The position numbers and the translations under genes were made by a program. Shown piece by piece: positions 10,044 to 18,937 of a DNA stretch of 32,000 nucleotides. Origin of the DNA: Candidatus Altimarinota bacterium (lineage in GTDB: Bacteria; Patescibacteriota; Gracilibacteria; UBA1369); assembly GCA_041659405.1 (NCBI GenBank), contig JBAZYK010000009.1, positions 1 through 32,000 on the forward strand, read 5' to 3'. The notes beneath the pieces are model-generated. The model did no database searches. It was not told the DNA's origin and saw nothing but the letters and a program-made list of their open reading frames with translations. The first letter of the stretch is position 1; each line of letters opens with the position of its first letter.

Positions 10044-10391
10044 TTAAGCTTTTACGATTTCCAGATATTTTGTGAAAACTTCCGGATTGTTTACAGCAAG
10101 TTCAGCCAAAATTTTGCGATCAATCTTGATTTTAGCCTTCAACAAGCCACTCATGAAACGGCTATAGTTCATTCCAGCTTCACGGCAAGCAGCATTGATG
10201 CGAGTAATCCACAAACTGCGGAAATCGCGACGACGAAGTTTGCGACCAACGTAGCTGTTTTGTCCAGCCTTGTGGGTGGCATTCTTTGCCCATTTTACTG
10301 TGCGATTTGCAAGGTTCTTATAACCTTTTGTACCCTTTAGAAGTTTTTTATGTCGGCGATGAGATGCAACGCCACGTTTTATACGAGTCAT
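10044..10391 (-). CDS. rplT: 50S ribosomal protein L20
   Basis: MTRIKRGVASHRRHKKLLKGTKGY...YVGRKLRRRDFRSLWITRINAACREAGMNYSRFM. Confidence 0.98.
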   Translation of the reverse strand: MTRIKRGVASHRRHKKLLKGTKGYKNLANRTVKWAKNATHKAGQNSYVGRKLRRRDFRSLWITRINAACREAGMNYSRFMSGLLKAKIKIDRKILAELAVNNPEVFTKYLEIVKA

Positions 10392-10416
10392 GACAATTTT
10401 TTAATAAAGATTAAAT

Positions 10417-10611
10417 TTAGGCGTAAGGAAGGAGTCTACGGAAATTTCTCGTAGCTCTGAGAGTTAAAGGTTTACCATCTTTAAAAGCCTTTTTTTGGCG
10501 CTTTGATTTGTTGGTCAACAAATGTTTTTTACCGGACTTTTGAAAACGCATTTTGCCTGTTCCGCTTACCTTTACGCGTTTTTTGCTGGCACTGTGTGAT
10601 TTAAGTTTCAT
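10417..10611 (-). CDS. rpmI: 50S ribosomal protein L35
   Basis: MKLKSHSASKKRVKVSGTGKMRFQKSGKKHLLTNKSKRQKKAF, located between infC and rplT. Confidence 0.95.
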   Translation of the reverse strand: MKLKSHSASKKRVKVSGTGKMRFQKSGKKHLLTNKSKRQKKAFKDGKPLTLRATRNFRRLLPYA

Positions 10612-10633
10612 GTTATTGGGTTTTGTGAATAAA

Positions 10634-11143
10634 TTATTTTAGTGGAGTTAAAACCATGAACATCGAGTTCCCCTGCTTCTTTGGTTGTTCTTCAACCTGC
10701 GCAATATCCTTCAAACCCTCTATAAAGTAAATCAATTTTTCTCTTCCAAGCTCCGAGTGAGAAGCTTCTCTCCCTTTAAAAACGAGAGTTACCTTCACGC
10801 TGTTTCTATCTTCCAGGAACCCACGTGCCTGGCGGACTTTAGTGTCCAAATCGTGCTTATCAATGCGCAGACTTAAGCGAAGACCCTTCATTTCCGCCTG
10901 TTTTTGCATTCGCTTATGCTTTTGTTCGATTTTGCGTTGTCGATATTGGTACTTCCCGAAATCAAGTATTTTGCAGACCGGAGGGTTAGCCATTGGCGCC
11001 ACCTCCACAAGGTCAAGTCCATGTTCCGTAGCTAATTGCAGGGCTTCTTCCAATGTTTTAAGGCCGAGCTGGTTATCCTCCTCGTCAATAAGGCGGACGT
11101 TTGGAACACGAATTTGCCTGTTTATACGTAGATGTTTGCTAAT
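10634..11143 (-). CDS. infC: Translation initiation factor IF-3, probable AUU start at 11143-11141
   Basis: The upstream in-frame sequence reads (I)SKHLRINRQIRVPNVRLIDEEDNQLGLKTLEEALQLATEHGLDLVEVAP. The supplied ORF starts too late, at TTG 11053. Confidence 0.95.
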   Translation of the reverse strand: MSKHLRINRQIRVPNVRLIDEEDNQLGLKTLEEALQLATEHGLDLVEVAPMANPPVCKILDFGKYQYRQRKIEQKHKRMQKQAEMKGLRLSLRIDKHDLDTKVRQARGFLEDRNSVKVTLVFKGREASHSELGREKLIYFIEGLKDIAQVEEQPKKQGNSMFMVLTPLK

Positions 11144-11186
11144 ACTTTAGGAATAAATATCTAAAAATGCGCTAGAAGGCTTGAGG

Positions 11187-11215
11187 ATAATAAACAAATC
11201 GTGGTTTTTAGTCAA
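11187..11215 (-). promoter_or_regulatory. Sigma70-like promoter for the infC operon
   Basis: Minus strand TTGACT - 17 nt - TATTAT, ending about 43 nt upstream of the infC start. Confidence 0.65.
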
Positions 11216-11279
11216 GATGTCCTTCGCAATTTCACTTTTTCGTTTTCAGTTAATCAGCAGCTCCCCCGGCCAAAACACC

Positions 11280-11307
11280 TGGACAATCAGTCAAAAATGC
11301 TTATAAT
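11280..11307 (+). promoter_or_regulatory. Sigma70-like promoter for dxr
   Basis: TGGACA - 16 nt - TATAAT, 26 nt upstream of the dxr ATG. Confidence 0.65.
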
Positions 11308-11333
11308 AAAGCCACTTTGATCATTCTTTACAA

Positions 11334-12464
11334 ATGAAAAAAGGCATTACAGTTATTGGTTCAACTGGCTCACTTGGCCGGCAAACATTGGATGTTGTTC
11401 GCGCGAATCCGGCAAGATTTAAAGTTTTTGCGCTTGCTGCAAACAAAAACATCCAACTTCTAAAAAAGCAGCTCGAAGAATTTAACCCACAAATGGTTGT
11501 GGTTTTTTCCGCGAATGAAGCCAAAAAACTGCAAAAAGAGCTTCAACCAAAGCCGGACAACCGGGCTCGGAAAATCACTTCATCAAAAAAAATGTCTCAA
11601 GGAGTGGCATTATCCAAAATCCGCCCTCAAATTCTTTCAGGAGTTTCCGGACTTGAAAAAATTTCCACCCATAAAAGAGCCGACCAAATTGTTTTTGTGA
11701 GCAATGGTTTATCAGCGCTTTCTGCCCTATGTAAAGCCATAAAAGCGCACAAGCAAATTGCCATTGGGACAAAAGAATTAATCGTGGCCGAAGGCAAAAA
11801 AATCATGGCGCTTGCGCGTAAAAATAAAGTTCAAATTCTGCCGATCGATTCCGAACACTCGGCGATTTTTCAATGTCTTCAGGGGGAAAATCCCGCCAAT
11901 GTTGAAAAGGTAATTCTGACCTGTTCCGGCGGACCTTTTTATGGAATGTCAAAAGAAACCCTTGCCAACGTTACGCCTGCACAAGCCCTAAATCACCCCA
12001 CGTGGAAAATGGGTGCGAAAATTTCCGTGGATAGCGCGACCCTTATCAACAAAGGTTTCGAGAAAATTGAAGCCATGCATCTTTTCAATTTAAAAGAAAA
12101 TCAGGTCGAGATTTTGATCCACCCCGAAAGCGTAATCCATTCTTTTGTAGTATTTAAAGATGGCAGTATCAAGGCCCAAATGGCCACTCCGGATATGCGC
12201 CTGCCAATAAGTTATGCGCTCAGTTATCCGGATCGCCTGAAAAATAATTGGCCCAGTTTTGATTTTACTAAAATGCAAAAACTGACATTTTTAAAGCCGG
12301 ACTTTTCAATTTTAAAAGGCCCGGAACTGGTTTGCACACTCGCCCAAAAAGGACGCACCTCAGCCAAAAAACTCATTCAAGCCAACGAAAAAGCTGTTCA
12401 AAAATTTCTCAATAATGAAATCTCATTCCTGGAAATCTACAATGAAATTATGCAAATTAAATAA
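11334..12464 (+). CDS. dxr: 1-deoxy-D-xylulose-5-phosphate reductoisomerase
   Basis: GSTGSLGRQTLDVV, HPTWKMGAKISVDSATLINKGFEKIEAMHLF, VEILIHPESVIHSFVVFKDGSIKAQMATPDMRLPISYAL. Confidence 0.95.
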   Translation: MKKGITVIGSTGSLGRQTLDVVRANPARFKVFALAANKNIQLLKKQLEEFNPQMVVVFSANEAKKLQKELQPKPDNRARKITSSKKMSQGVALSKIRPQILSGVSGLEKISTHKRADQIVFVSNGLSALSALCKAIKAHKQIAIGTKELIVAEGKKIMALARKNKVQILPIDSEHSAIFQCLQGENPANVEKVILTCSGGPFYGMSKETLANVTPAQALNHPTWKMGAKISVDSATLINKGFEKIEAMHLFNLKENQVEILIHPESVIHSFVVFKDGSIKAQMATPDMRLPISYALSYPDRLKNNWPSFDFTKMQKLTFLKPDFSILKGPELVCTLAQKGRTSAKKLIQANEKAVQKFLNNEISFLEIYNEIMQIK

Positions 12465-12470
12465 CGCTAC

Positions 12471-12809
12471 TTATGAATTTCCCTTTTCTGATTGCTCGGC
12501 CGCGATTTTTCCGGATCTTCCCGCATAATTTGGATCTTTTGCCATTTTAGCAAACTCATCCCTGACCATTGCCAGTTCGTCATAAATACCGCTAATTTCT
12601 GCTCTTTCATTATCACTCAACTTGTTAAAATCAAGCCCCAATAAATATTCGCGACTACCAAGAACAGCAAGTAAGTTCTGTATTTCCGCATGCCTCGGGG
12701 TATTTGATTCTACTGTTTCTCTAAGTGCCACCCCTATATTTTCCAGGTCATGGATTTCATCCATTATTATCCCTAGAACCTCTTCGGGGGGAAGTGTAAA
12801 ATCAACCAT
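12471..12809 (-). CDS. Small conserved-looking hypothetical protein, antisense to the MEP genes
   Basis: 112 aa ORF filling the dxr/ispDF gap, convergent with dxr and divergent from ispDF. No family recognised. Confidence 0.65.
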   Translation of the reverse strand: MVDFTLPPEEVLGIIMDEIHDLENIGVALRETVESNTPRHAEIQNLLAVLGSREYLLGLDFNKLSDNERAEISGIYDELAMVRDEFAKMAKDPNYAGRSGKIAAEQSEKGNS

Positions 12810-12839
12810 ATTAAAATAATTAAATCACCAAATTATATC

Positions 12840-14126
12840 ATGAAACCTCAAGTAAAAGCCATCCTATTAGCTGCCGGCAAGTCTACACGATATGGGGGAA
12901 ATAAGCTTTTTTTGCCTGTACTGGGCAGTCCTCTTATCTATCACTCACTTTTGGCTATTCACGATTGCCCTGAAATTTCTGAAGTATTTATAGTTGCAAA
13001 TGCATCTGATTTCAAGCGGATTCAAAATCTGGTTAAAGAAAGCCACTTCCCCAAAGTAAGTAGATTATTGATCGGCGGCAAAACTCGTCAAGAATCAATG
13101 GTCAAAGGCCTTGGAGCCCTCTCGGTTAACCAAAATCCCCTTTCTAAAGAATCGACTACTGATGATATCATCCTGATCCACAACGCCGCCAATCCCCTTG
13201 TTACCGAAGCCGAAATTTTGGCTGTAATAAAGGCTGCGCAAAAATATGGTGGAGCCATTTGTGGTAAAAAAATTGTTGATACGGTAAAGGAAGTTGAAAA
13301 CGATTTTATTATTAAAACGCATAATCGTAATGATTTACGGGCTGCCCAAACTCCTCAGGCTTTTCAGTATGGGGTTTTGAAAAAGGCCATCTCTAAGGCA
13401 AAAAAGACCCACAAAGATTTTACCGATGAAGCTGGTATGGTTGAGGATTTTATCGCTGCAAAAAATTCCGCCTCCGCTAAAAATCTCGACTCACCAAAAA
13501 ACAATTTCAATCACTTCAAAATCAAATTCGTTTCTGCTTCCGAAAATAATTTCAAAATTACCACGCCTGCCGATTATGAGCGTCTAAAAGCCATTGTCGG
13601 CGACGCGCCTAAAGATTTTTTGGTCGGCATTGGGCAGGACAGCCATGAGTTTGAAAATTCAAATGACCGGCAAAGCCAAAGTCCACCAAAGCATAAGCAG
13701 AATTTAATTCTTGGTGGTTTTAACATCCCAAATGTACCAAAATTAAAAGCCGATTCCGATGGCGATGTGGTCATCCATGCGCTTTGTAATGCCATTTTAC
13801 AGGCTCTTGGCGAAAAATCCCTGGGCTATTTTGCAACGCCTTTGTTTAAAGAAAAAAATGTCACAGATAGCAGAAAATATTTGGCAAACGCTTTGGCCAA
13901 GGTTACTCAAAAAGGTTATATCCTCAACAATATTGGCCTGATGATTGAGGGCAGAAAGCCAAAAATGGACGAACTGAGTAGTCGGATCAGAACTTCTTTG
14001 GGCAAACTCGTAAATCTAAATCCCCAAAGAATTGGACTTACCGCAACCACCGGCAAAAACCTGACTGCGTTTGGAAAAGGCAAAGGACTCCAGTGTTTAG
14101 CAATTGTGTCACTTAAAAAAACTTAA
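12840..14126 (+). CDS. ispDF: Bifunctional IspD-IspF fusion (MEP cytidylyltransferase / MECDP synthase)
   Basis: IspD: ILLAAGKSTRYGGNKLFLPV and AAQTPQAFQYGVL. IspF: GIGQDSHEF, LKADSDGDVVIHALCNAILQALG, LTATTGKNLTAFGKGKGLQCLAIVSL. Confidence 0.95.
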   Translation: MKPQVKAILLAAGKSTRYGGNKLFLPVLGSPLIYHSLLAIHDCPEISEVFIVANASDFKRIQNLVKESHFPKVSRLLIGGKTRQESMVKGLGALSVNQNPLSKESTTDDIILIHNAANPLVTEAEILAVIKAAQKYGGAICGKKIVDTVKEVENDFIIKTHNRNDLRAAQTPQAFQYGVLKKAISKAKKTHKDFTDEAGMVEDFIAAKNSASAKNLDSPKNNFNHFKIKFVSASENNFKITTPADYERLKAIVGDAPKDFLVGIGQDSHEFENSNDRQSQSPPKHKQNLILGGFNIPNVPKLKADSDGDVVIHALCNAILQALGEKSLGYFATPLFKEKNVTDSRKYLANALAKVTQKGYILNNIGLMIEGRKPKMDELSSRIRTSLGKLVNLNPQRIGLTATTGKNLTAFGKGKGLQCLAIVSLKKT

Positions 14127-14130
14127 AAAT

Positions 14131-15075
14131 ATGCAAAAAGGGTATCTAAAAATCAAAGCTTCGGCCAAAATAAATCTCACACTGGACGTGTTGGGAAAAG
14201 TTGAAAATGGATATCACCAAATCTCAACTATTTTTCAGGAAATTAATCTTTTTGACGAAATTATTTTTAAAAAACTTTCAACTCCGGGAATAAAATTAAT
14301 AATCAAAGGTCCGGAATCAGCCACGCTGAAATCCTCGCATGAGTTAGCCGAAAATTCAATTTTAAAAACCATCAAACTCCTTCAAGGAAAATATCCACAA
14401 CTTAAAAATATTGGCCTCAATATAACTCTCAAAAAAAACATTCCGGTTGCTGCAGGATTAGGCGGCGGTAGTAGCAACGCAGCCGCCACTTTAAAAGCCC
14501 TCAATCAGCTTTATCATTTAAAAATCACCAATCGCCAATTGCAAAACCTTGCAAGCAAGATCGGCATGGATGTCCCGTTTTTTATTATGGGCGGACTTGC
14601 TTCGGGTAGTCATTTTGGCGAAAAAATTTCTTCGATTTTCCCATCTTCAAACACGCACAAAGTAAATCTTTCTACTGCGAGTGGGGCGAGCTTCCTCAAA
14701 AATATTCTCATTCTTCTCCCAAAAAATGTGCAGAAAATTTCCACTCAAGATGTTTATCAGCAATTAGATGAAATCCCAAAACCACAAAACAAACAAAGCA
14801 CAAAAGCTCTACTTAAAGCCATAAAGTCACAAGGCCAAAACGCGAACTTAAAAGACATCACTCAATTTTTTTGCAATGATTTCAACCTTCTTTATCAAAA
14901 AAAATTTGCGTCATTGCAAAAAGAATTGTTCCAATTGGGAGCAACAAACGTACAACTTTGTGGCGCCGGCCCGGCTTTATACGCAGTTTTTTCTACTGAT
15001 GAAAAATTAAAAACCGCCTATCAAAAATTAAAACCAAAATCCAAAGTGTGGATGTCATCTGCTACTCAGCTTTAA
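14131..15075 (+). CDS. ispE: 4-diphosphocytidyl-2-C-methyl-D-erythritol kinase
   Basis: ASAKINLTLDVLGKVENGYHQISTIFQEINLFD and GHMP kinase motif IPVAAGLGGGSSNAAATL. Confidence 0.93.
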   Translation: MQKGYLKIKASAKINLTLDVLGKVENGYHQISTIFQEINLFDEIIFKKLSTPGIKLIIKGPESATLKSSHELAENSILKTIKLLQGKYPQLKNIGLNITLKKNIPVAAGLGGGSSNAAATLKALNQLYHLKITNRQLQNLASKIGMDVPFFIMGGLASGSHFGEKISSIFPSSNTHKVNLSTASGASFLKNILILLPKNVQKISTQDVYQQLDEIPKPQNKQSTKALLKAIKSQGQNANLKDITQFFCNDFNLLYQKKFASLQKELFQLGATNVQLCGAGPALYAVFSTDEKLKTAYQKLKPKSKVWMSSATQL

Positions 15076-15120
15076 AAAGCCCTTCACTTTTTCTAATTGG
15101 AACAAAAAACTTGGCGCGCC

Positions 15121-15807
15121 CTACGACGCATACTCCTGGCGCCCCTGCATCGCTTTGGACAAAGTTAATTCATCCGCATAATCAAGATCTCCGCCAGCCG
15201 GAAGCCCACGTGCAATTCTGGTTATACTAATTCCCATGGGTTTTAATAGGCGCATCAGATACATAGCGGTGGTTTCACCTTCAAGACTTGGATTGGTCGC
15301 CAAAATGACCTCTATTTTAGGTTTAGAGGTAGCTGGCTGTGCACCCATCAGTTGATCATCAGCCTGTTGATCAGTTTGTGGAGAATTTCTTTCCGCCAGC
15401 ATTGTTTTTAGTCGATCCTCCAATGCCTGAATTTTAAGCTGTTCCGGGCCAATACCGTCCACTGGCGATAAAACCCCATGCAGCACATGATAAATCCCCT
15501 TATATTCAAAAGTTTTTTCCAAAGCAACAACGTCCAAAACCTCTTCCACCACGCAAATTTGATGCTGATTACGGCTGATATCACCGCACAACCTGCACAA
15601 ATCCCCTTCAGTAATATTCCAGCAACGTTTACAAAAAGAAAGGCCCTTTTTAAGCCCGGAAACCGCATCCGAAAGCTGTTGCACGCGAATTTCCGGCGAA
15701 TACAACAAATGCATAGCCAACCGCTGCGCCGATTTCGGCCCAACCCCAGGCAAGCGCGAAAACTCCTCAATTAACTTCTGAATAGATGGCGGTAAAAAAG
15801 AACTCAT
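15121..15807 (-). CDS. recR: Recombination protein RecR
   Basis: LIEEFSRLPGVGPKSAQRLAMHLL, zinc finger CKRCWNITEGDLCRLC, TOPRIM and C-terminal ITRIARGLPAGGDLDYADELTLSKAMQGRQ. The supplied ORF probably has an over-long N-terminus. Confidence 0.94.
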   Translation of the reverse strand: MSSFLPPSIQKLIEEFSRLPGVGPKSAQRLAMHLLYSPEIRVQQLSDAVSGLKKGLSFCKRCWNITEGDLCRLCGDISRNQHQICVVEEVLDVVALEKTFEYKGIYHVLHGVLSPVDGIGPEQLKIQALEDRLKTMLAERNSPQTDQQADDQLMGAQPATSKPKIEVILATNPSLEGETTAMYLMRLLKPMGISITRIARGLPAGGDLDYADELTLSKAMQGRQEYAS

Positions 15808-15868
15808 AAGAAACAAAAATACAATATTACTTATAACAAAATCCCCCCCAATTAACCAGAAATAACTC

Positions 15869-15952
15869 AAAATCTAAAAAATAAATATTTCACTGAGCAC
15901 ATCCGGGGTAGGGGCCCTGTGTGCGAAGGGGAATATTTATTTTTTAGATTTT
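15869..15952. repeat. Long hairpin, type C core, with perfect 21 bp arms (15869-15889/15932-15952)
   Basis: aaaatctaaaaaataaatatt is the exact reverse complement of aatatttattttttagatttt. An inner partial stem (gagcaca/tgtgtgc region) extends it. Confidence 0.88.
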
Positions 15953-15959
15953 CGAAGCC

Positions 15960-16514
15960 TTACTTCCCGATTAATTTTAGGAATTCGCTACGTGTGTTTT
16001 GTTCTTTCTTAAACAGTCCCAAAAGCGCCGAAGTCGTAACTTCGCTGTTTTGTTTTTCCACGCCGCGCGCCATCATGCAAAAGTGTTTTGCCTCCATAAT
16101 CACACCAACACCTTTTGGCTTCAGGATCTCATATAAAGCCTTAGCAATCTGATTAGTCAGACGCTCCTGATTCTGCAATCTGCGTGCATAAATTTCCACC
16201 AGACGTGGCAATTTGGAAAGCCCAATAATTTTTCCATCCGGAATATAACCAATGTGAACTTTCCCAAAGAATGGGAGAATATGGTGCTCACAATTTGAAT
16301 AAAACTCGATATTTTTCACCACAATCATCTCGTCATAAAGCTCATCCCCAAAAACCGTTAAAACATCTTCCGGTTTTTGTTTGTAGCCGGAAAAAAGCTT
16401 GTCATAAGCCGCAATCACCCGTCTAGGAGTATCTTTCAACCCTTCTCTTTCCGGATCTTCCCCCATGTGTTCAATCAACGCACGAATCAATTTTTCCGAA
16501 TCTTTTTGAGACAT
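15960..16514 (-). CDS. folE: GTP cyclohydrolase I
   Basis: [80 protein letters not shown]. Confidence 0.96.
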   Translation of the reverse strand: MSQKDSEKLIRALIEHMGEDPEREGLKDTPRRVIAAYDKLFSGYKQKPEDVLTVFGDELYDEMIVVKNIEFYSNCEHHILPFFGKVHIGYIPDGKIIGLSKLPRLVEIYARRLQNQERLTNQIAKALYEILKPKGVGVIMEAKHFCMMARGVEKQNSEVTTSALLGLFKKEQNTRSEFLKLIGK

Positions 16515-16595
16515 AATAAAAACTAATCAAGGTAAAAAGCGTCATCTGCAGGCACTTTATAGCACTAATTCGAATTTTAGAAAACCAATTCCTGA

Positions 16596-18677
16596 TTAAG
16601 AAACTTCTTTTACCGGATATATTCGCGCGATTTTACCATCTGCAACGATTCTGACTTTCTTATGACCGGCAAAATCATTGCTTAATCCCAAAGCCCTTTC
16701 CCCCAAACAGTTACGGATAACTTCTCGAGTTTTTGCAATAAGTGGATTAGCAGCTCCCTTCGCGTAATCTTTAATTAGAATATTTCTATCATGAAAAAGA
16801 AGAGTTACCCCTCTTTCCAATGCCAATGTTTCAATATGTCCTCGACCTGGTTCAGTTGCATAAACAATCATCGCAGCGCCCTCTTTTGGCATCGCTCTAT
16901 CCAACGTGGGCGTTTGCGTTGAGCCCATCCAGCTAGTGGCATATACCACTAACCCTTTTTTATCATTGTTATTATCATAAACATTCAATAAATCTAACTC
17001 TTGATCACAAATACCTTCAGCTGAACATTCATAAATTGGGTGCATATCTTTAGGAAATTCAACCGGAGGTGCATTAAACATTTTTGCTGGCAACGGTCTT
17101 GCCTGTAAAAAATCAAAACTTAGCCTCCCCTTGCTCCATTCGTGTTTAAACGAGAACTCAATTTGAACCGGCCGCCCATAATATCTTTCCAGTATGCGAG
17201 CAAAAGCAATAATGTCCGTTGACTGAAATTCTAAATGATCCATCTGCCAAAACTCACCCTGTACGCGACTTGCACATTTAAATACCTCTACCCCACTTTG
17301 GTCTAAAAATGTCAGTTTATCAAACTCAGGAGTATCAAAAATAAAAGGGGCCCTTTGATTTTCACCCTTCATATCCACAGTATCATCTGAATATGGTCTT
17401 GTTGAATTGATATACCTAAGATCAGGGTCTTCGATTCGTTCCTGAACGACAAGCCCCATAAGCTCTTCTTCAACACCATTATCCGCTCTATATTTTTTTG
17501 CAATCTCAGAATCACAACTTTCATAAACTTTTTGAACGGCCTCCAAAAATTGTTGAAAAGTGGCATCTTCTTCAAGTGGAACACTCAAATAAATTCCCGC
17601 ACCGGTCATCTTTTCTCCATCCTCGGAATAAACTGCACTACTACGGACCATCATTGGTTTTTCCTTATACATTTCATATGTTGCTCGAAGGTTTTCTGTA
17701 ACATCTTCTTTATTTTTCCATTTTTTATAAATGTCTATTCCTACAAGGCTGAATGGAGGAATAGAAATATTAGCCGCAAGCTGCCCAAATTGAGTCCCTT
17801 TAAATTTTGGAAGGAGTTTTTGTACTGCTATAAGATTTGCCCCTTTTGCCCCAAATAATAAGCGATCTCTATTAACTTCAGCATGATCAACGTTGCCAAG
17901 TGCATCCATCAATTTTTTCTCTGCTTCAATTGCTTTAATTACTTCAACCACATACCTAAGACTGCCCATTGACTGCCCTCCATTTGTAAAGTTGAAATTA
18001 ATGTCATCATATCGGGATAATCCGTAAACGCCTTCTGGGGTTAGAGGTTTTCCTGATTCATCATCAGAATACCTTTTGTGTACTGATAATTTTCCGCTAG
18101 AAGCTATCCAGGCAATTCCTAAATTTAAACTCTGGGCCAATTGGTAACGTTGTGCAAGTGGCATTTTAGGATCAATTGCGTCGGCTTCTTTTTCAAGAAT
18201 TTTTACAGGAGTTAATTCCATTTCTTGAATAATTGATCGCAAACAATCAATACTAAGGTCAATTGCGTGATATATTTCCCACCTTGGGTCCTCATTTCCC
18301 TCCTCATCATCAGAGCTTTCCGCATCTTCATTAAGCTCATCATTTACATCTTCCTGATCAGGATTTTGCTCTGTATAAACATCACTTACTTCTAAGAGAT
18401 TTTTTTGTTCAGCTAATTTAGCCGATACTTGGCTAATAAAGGCCATATAACCGTTTTCATCTAAAAATGATCCTTGAATGGAAGAAAAAGCTTTGTCTAT
18501 AATTGCCCAGGAACTGTCACCAAAACCCTTAAGATCCGTAAAGTAAGCCCTCATGTCTTCAACGATTCTCGCAGCAACTTCTTCGGAATTAGTTGGGTTG
18601 CCACCTTCAAAATGAAGTTCCTCCAAAGCATTTGTAATACCTGATTCTAATTGATTGTCCCTGACTTGCGCTTCCAT
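16596..18677 (-). CDS. PEP/pyruvate-binding (PPDK_N/PEP-synthase-like) protein with a possible C-terminal phosphohistidine-type domain and no recognisable PEP TIM barrel
   Basis: LFGAKGANLIAVQKL...IPPFSLVGIDIYKKW...MMVRSSAVYSEDGEKMTGAGIYLSV...VQERI...VQIEFSF...LSFDFLQARPLP, then AMIVYATEPGRGHIETLALERGVTLLF. Confidence 0.8.
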   Translation of the reverse strand: MEAQVRDNQLESGITNALEELHFEGGNPTNSEEVAARIVEDMRAYFTDLKGFGDSSWAIIDKAFSSIQGSFLDENGYMAFISQVSAKLAEQKNLLEVSDVYTEQNPDQEDVNDELNEDAESSDDEEGNEDPRWEIYHAIDLSIDCLRSIIQEMELTPVKILEKEADAIDPKMPLAQRYQLAQSLNLGIAWIASSGKLSVHKRYSDDESGKPLTPEGVYGLSRYDDINFNFTNGGQSMGSLRYVVEVIKAIEAEKKLMDALGNVDHAEVNRDRLLFGAKGANLIAVQKLLPKFKGTQFGQLAANISIPPFSLVGIDIYKKWKNKEDVTENLRATYEMYKEKPMMVRSSAVYSEDGEKMTGAGIYLSVPLEEDATFQQFLEAVQKVYESCDSEIAKKYRADNGVEEELMGLVVQERIEDPDLRYINSTRPYSDDTVDMKGENQRAPFIFDTPEFDKLTFLDQSGVEVFKCASRVQGEFWQMDHLEFQSTDIIAFARILERYYGRPVQIEFSFKHEWSKGRLSFDFLQARPLPAKMFNAPPVEFPKDMHPIYECSAEGICDQELDLLNVYDNNNDKKGLVVYATSWMGSTQTPTLDRAMPKEGAAMIVYATEPGRGHIETLALERGVTLLFHDRNILIKDYAKGAANPLIAKTREVIRNCLGERALGLSNDFAGHKKVRIVADGKIARIYPVKEVS

Positions 18678-18762
18678 TGGATTTTAGCTTACATATCCTG
18701 CTCACGATCACCCTGTAGAGAGGGTAGAACTCTATCACTAAAAAGGCGTTGGTCAAGCAAAA

Positions 18763-18937
18763 TCACCAGTTTTTCAAAGTTTCCGGAGGGAATGTTTTTT
18801 TGGCGACATTGCGAGCGCAGCCAGTCGAGCATCATGATGCGAGACTTTCGGAAAGGCGTACATGTTAGCCTTTTCGAACAGGCGAAGCGTTCGCCAAAAA
18901 AACATTCCCTCCGGAAACCCTCATTGAAAACTGGTGA
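18763..18937. repeat. Variable-arm structured element, type A copy 3 (arms 18780-18806/18891-18917, outer extension 18763-18777/18924-18937)
   Basis: tttccggagggaatgtttttttggcga is the exact reverse complement of tcgccaaaaaaacattccctccggaaa. Outer tcaccagtttttcaa pairs with ttgaaaactggtga with a 1 nt bulge. Confidence 0.93.

Noticed and set aside
18721-18760. TTGACC-like promoter and tetO-like ctctatcacta string upstream of the PPDK-like gene
   Set aside because: There is no convincing -10 at the right spacing, and the tetO resemblance is partial and probably coincidental.
355-18917. CRISPR-like or tandem repeat array
   Set aside because: Only three copies spaced about 9 kb apart, with no spacers, leader or cas genes.
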